DNA of 55,553 nt from Bigelowiella natans CCMP2755 (lineage: Eukaryota > Protista > Cercozoa). The DNA lies in the NCBI GenBank assembly GCA_000320545.1, contig ADNK01002810.1:1-55553 (forward strand), written 5' to 3'. Numbering within the stretch: the first letter of the stretch is position 1; every line of letters begins with the position of its first letter. Both the position numbers and the translations under genes were made by a program. Shown piece after piece: positions 52,088 through 55,553 of the stretch. Below the pieces are notes generated by a model that did no database searches, was not told the origin of the DNA, and saw only the letters and a program-made list of their open reading frames with translations.

Positions 52088-53443
52088 CGCATGTGTGTGT
52101 CTCCGTGTGTGTGTGTGTGTGTGTGTTTTCTTTCGAGAAAACTGTCCTCTCTCTCTCCAACCCTTTCCCTCCCCATTGCTTTTAGACTGCGCGCAGCGAT
52201 ATGAACTGATGTGAAAATGGAAGTCTTGGGAAATAGCGAACTTCAGCAGCAGCCGTGCTCGCCAAAAGCCAGTAGGTATTCAACCTCATCTGCGCCGTCA
52301 ATGGCGACGTCAAGGTCGGGGTGGGTATCTAGGGTTGCAAGGGGAATGCCATAGCTCTCGGCCTGTAATTGATTGTTTGTTTAGATTGGCGGGAGGGGGT
52401 GGAGAACGAGTGGAAGAAGTGAGTGCATGATGAAAATGAAGCTACCTGTTCTCGGGTCCTCTCAGAAGTCGGAATTGCAACAATATCTTTGATCTCGCCT
52501 GACTTCCACAGCTGGCCGAGCCTTTTTCATGCAAAACAGACTCAAATCCCATTGTTTTCCAATATCTTTGTCCGCCACGTTGGGCTGGTGCAATCTACTG
52601 GCTAAACCTAACTCGAGAACTAGAGCTATAATGCGCAGCAGCAGCAGCACCTCTCAACGGCCATTGCTGCAGTAGAGCCTGTTCCGAGGCCAACCACCAT
52701 TCCACTGGTAACGTAATCGTCAATCGACTTATACCCAACCTTCAGTTAAAAAGGGGGGGGGGGGGGGGATTTGTTGGAATTCAGTGTGCCGTTTTGTTTC
52801 TGGAGAAGAAGGGGTGATTCTCTTTTGCTTTGTTTTATTCTCTTTTCCAGTCTGGAAATCTGACGCATTCATACGGCGGCGCTGAAGTACCATTCTCTTC
52901 AATTCGTCCTGGGAGAGTGTGGTAGCCCTGGCAGATACCTGAGTGAGTATTCAATCAAATAGCCGTCCTTTGTACTCGCGTTGGCTTTCTTCTCGAAGAG
53001 GTTAAAGAAGCTGAGTGTAAACATATCTGTGCACATACAGATCGGCCTTGGGAGGAGGAGCTCTTTGAGAGGCTGTTATGTCCGCACTTCGCACGGGTCT
53101 GTTTTAAGTTTTACATGGATGAGAAAGTGCTGCCAGGAATTTATGATGGAAGCTGTTACCAGAGAGGGAATTGCCGTGAAGGATCTCAGTGCCCTCGAGG
53201 TAGATGTAGCGCGAACGCTTGCACGGCTCCCTCCATATGAGGCAGACGCGGAGGCTACTGAGATGAAGTTTCGAGTTAACTTTGGCAATGTGTGTTTAAA
53301 ACGTGCAATATTTGAACAAGTGAAAGAGCGTAAATGTCTACGGATGGTTTTCGATTTTCAATTGAAACGCCCAAAGCCCAACGGGTAGGGCAAGGAAATG
53401 GGGCAGGACCGAGTGCAAAGGCCACGAGGACAGCGACGGGCAT
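50020..53443 (-). CDS. rpiA: Ribose-5-phosphate isomerase A with a bipartite (signal plus transit) plastid leader; 3' end approximate
   Basis: Leader [33 protein letters not shown]..; [40 protein letters not shown] and GVVEHGLF. Confidence 0.93.
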
Positions 53444-53928
53444 TTTTTCGATATGTGCTCAGACCCTAGTTCTAAATAGCGACTCTGAAGGGCTCTGATG
53501 CAGACTAATTTTGACTAGTTATACGAATTTTCAGACAATTAATAATAAAGATCAGGCCGTTTTTAATTTCCCGTGTGAAGATGTGTGATCGATAAGTTCT
53601 GATTCCTGAAGCCCCGCTTGCTTGTCGCGCAAGTTAGACCGAAGGAGCCAGATCGTGTTTTCTGAATAATTTTATTGCGACATTCTTTTGGCTTTGTCGC
53701 CTTTGAAAGAAATAGTACTTTTCAAATAAAAATATCAAAACAAAATTTATTGTTTTAGAGAAAATTTAGGCAATTTATTGCTATTCAAGCTAATATTTCT
53801 TTGTCGTAAGGTATAATTTACGTAATCTCATTTCTCTTGCGCAGGCTCCACCCTCCTCTTGTGGGAAAATGGCGGCCGAGCCGCTACCGATTTAATTCCA
53901 ACCGAGAGCGGATCCCGGGCTGAAGAGA

Positions 53929-54462
53929 ATGCCATCCATGGAGGGGAGATGTGTGGTTTTCTACGTCTGTATGGTTCTGCTCCTCTCGCCCTCATCCGGT
54001 TATGACATCGTACATGCGACGTAAATGAGTAGGGTATGATTGTCCGCTCATGCCTCACCTCCTCGCCCCTTTTCAGAAGCAAAGCTTGGGCGATTGGCTC
54101 CGATGCGTGCCTCCTCGCGGAACTCCCTTACACATGCTCCCTCGCATAGCATTGGGTCCAACGCTATTTATCGAAGAAGGTTCGATGGCGCTCTCCTTAA
54201 CAAAATTGCTATTGGCCGTTACGTACACGCCTAATTAGTAACAAACTCTTTTCTCTTTCTAGAAATCGCCCCTTGGCACTGCGAAGCCGAACGAATCGAA
54301 GAGCAACAGAATTGGACTACGGAGAGGTAGGTTCATATGTTTCGCCATTGAAGGCATACAACAACCGCGACTTCTAATCGATCTATTGCTCTCCCCCCCC
54401 TTCTCTAGGGATTTGACGACATGACCGGCAATGCGAGGTTATTTCGAGAGAGATAGAGAGCG

Positions 54463-54535
<73 letters not shown>

Positions 54536-55474
54536 GAGAGAGACCCTTGTTTCTATCGACTTTCCCAAAAGCGCCTTCGGAATGCAAAAAGCCTCAATGG
54601 GCCTGTTTTGTCGTGGACGTAGGTTTGATGAAACGTGGATTAAGATGTTCAAAAACAAGGTTTGTAGCACGTACGCGCCGATGATGATGCGAAAACGCCA
54701 GCGCAATAGAGTGTTGAGGATTTGGGAAAAGTGAATGCCTTGTGACTTTTTCGGTTCTTCCATCAAACGCACGCACTCGTCGGTAGCCATGGTGTGTGTG
54801 TAAAGAAACGAGCTGCGGTCAGCATTTTGATTGCAGTTGTGCTCTTATATCTGGATACTGTATCTCGTAGTTGAAGGTTACGATTTTTTAGCGGATGCTT
54901 GAAAATATAGCTTTGCTATGCATATCAGGACCGAATTAGATGTCCGTTTTGGAGACGAAGGGCAGTCGATACACTGGAGACTGTGCTGGCAGTGGCTAGG
55001 TAAGGGGGGGGGGGGGGGGTGGAGAGAGAGATGGAGAGGAGATGGAAATTATCATATTACGACTTAATATAGATCGATTCTTTAGCATTAATAATATACA
55101 TACTATACTCTTTCTCTCTCCTCTCTTTCTCTCTTTCTGTGTGCGCACGTTTGTGTGTGGCCTCCTAGGTTTATCCTCGCCCGACATAAAAGACTCGACG
55201 TGCAGCCGGTCAGTCGCGCAATGAGTGCGCTGAATATGCAGATGAAGGCGCGTGCTTTCTGCCGTATTCGCACCTGCGAAGTCGATCCTCTCCGCACACA
55301 GCCGCGCGACGCACCACTTTTCTCATCATCTTCTTTGTGCTTCAGGTTCGGACATCTGGGTCCAAGACTTATGGGCTCGCAATCGCTGATATCAAAGGCA
55401 TTTTAGAAGAGGACTTCAAAGAGGTCGTCCAGTACTAGGAAATGAGGATGCAATTATAAATATATAATATATAT

Positions 55475-55509
<35 letters not shown>

Positions 55510-55553
55510 CTTATTATATATAAAGTTACACACAACTACCTTTCCGTCTGTAC
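53929..55553 (+). CDS. Putative plastid-targeted NTF2/SnoaL-like (DUF2358-like) protein, 3'-partial
   Basis: Signal-like MPSMEGRCVVFYVCMVLLLSPSS plus an Arg/Ser-rich transit-like exon, then RCPFWRRRAVD..RFILARHK..KTYGL..ILEEDFKE. The family call is from motif recall. Confidence 0.45.

Larger units (their letters stand above)
12088..55506. repeat. Numerous intronic (TA)n, (CA/TG)n, (GA/TC)n microsatellites and poly-G/C runs
   Basis: Directly visible, e.g. 18763-18801 (TA)n, 12088-12122 (CA)n and 54466-54521 (GA)n. Confidence 0.95.

Noticed and set aside
12003-55224. Many ORFs with THTH, CVCV, RERE, LSLS or YIYI runs
   Set aside because: Translations of intronic microsatellites.

Overview
Intron-rich eukaryotic nuclear DNA. 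Signal plus transit-like leaders on RpiA and other genes suggest a secondary-plastid alga such as a chlorarachniophyte (inference). Reconstructed host genes: a secreted ConA-like protein, meiotic HEI10/CCNB1IP1, an NADPH:quinone oxidoreductase, a Bub2/Cdc16-like TBC GAP, a Spinster-like MFS transporter, mitochondrial SSADH, TsaE, two hypothetical genes, plastid-type RpiA and a partial NTF2/DUF2358-like gene. Mobile DNA comprises a young, intact Ty3/Gypsy element (5123-10837; 326-bp LTRs that appear identical, AAAT TSD), whose integrase ends in a degenerate Dam/DIRS-like adenine-methyltransferase-like domain, and a rearranged LINE relic (about 31.4-33.2 kb). The most striking signal is a context-specific purge of TpA. 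Across about 3.6 kb (30974-34561) every TA I could find lies inside CTAG, and conserved LINE tyrosine codons have become Cys (TGC) or His (CAT). CTAG/(GCTA)n-rich patches recur in other intergenic gaps. This looks like a RIP-like but opposite-direction (A:T to G:C at TpA, sparing CTAG) hypermutation of repeat and intergenic DNA. Counts are from manual reading and should be confirmed computationally.
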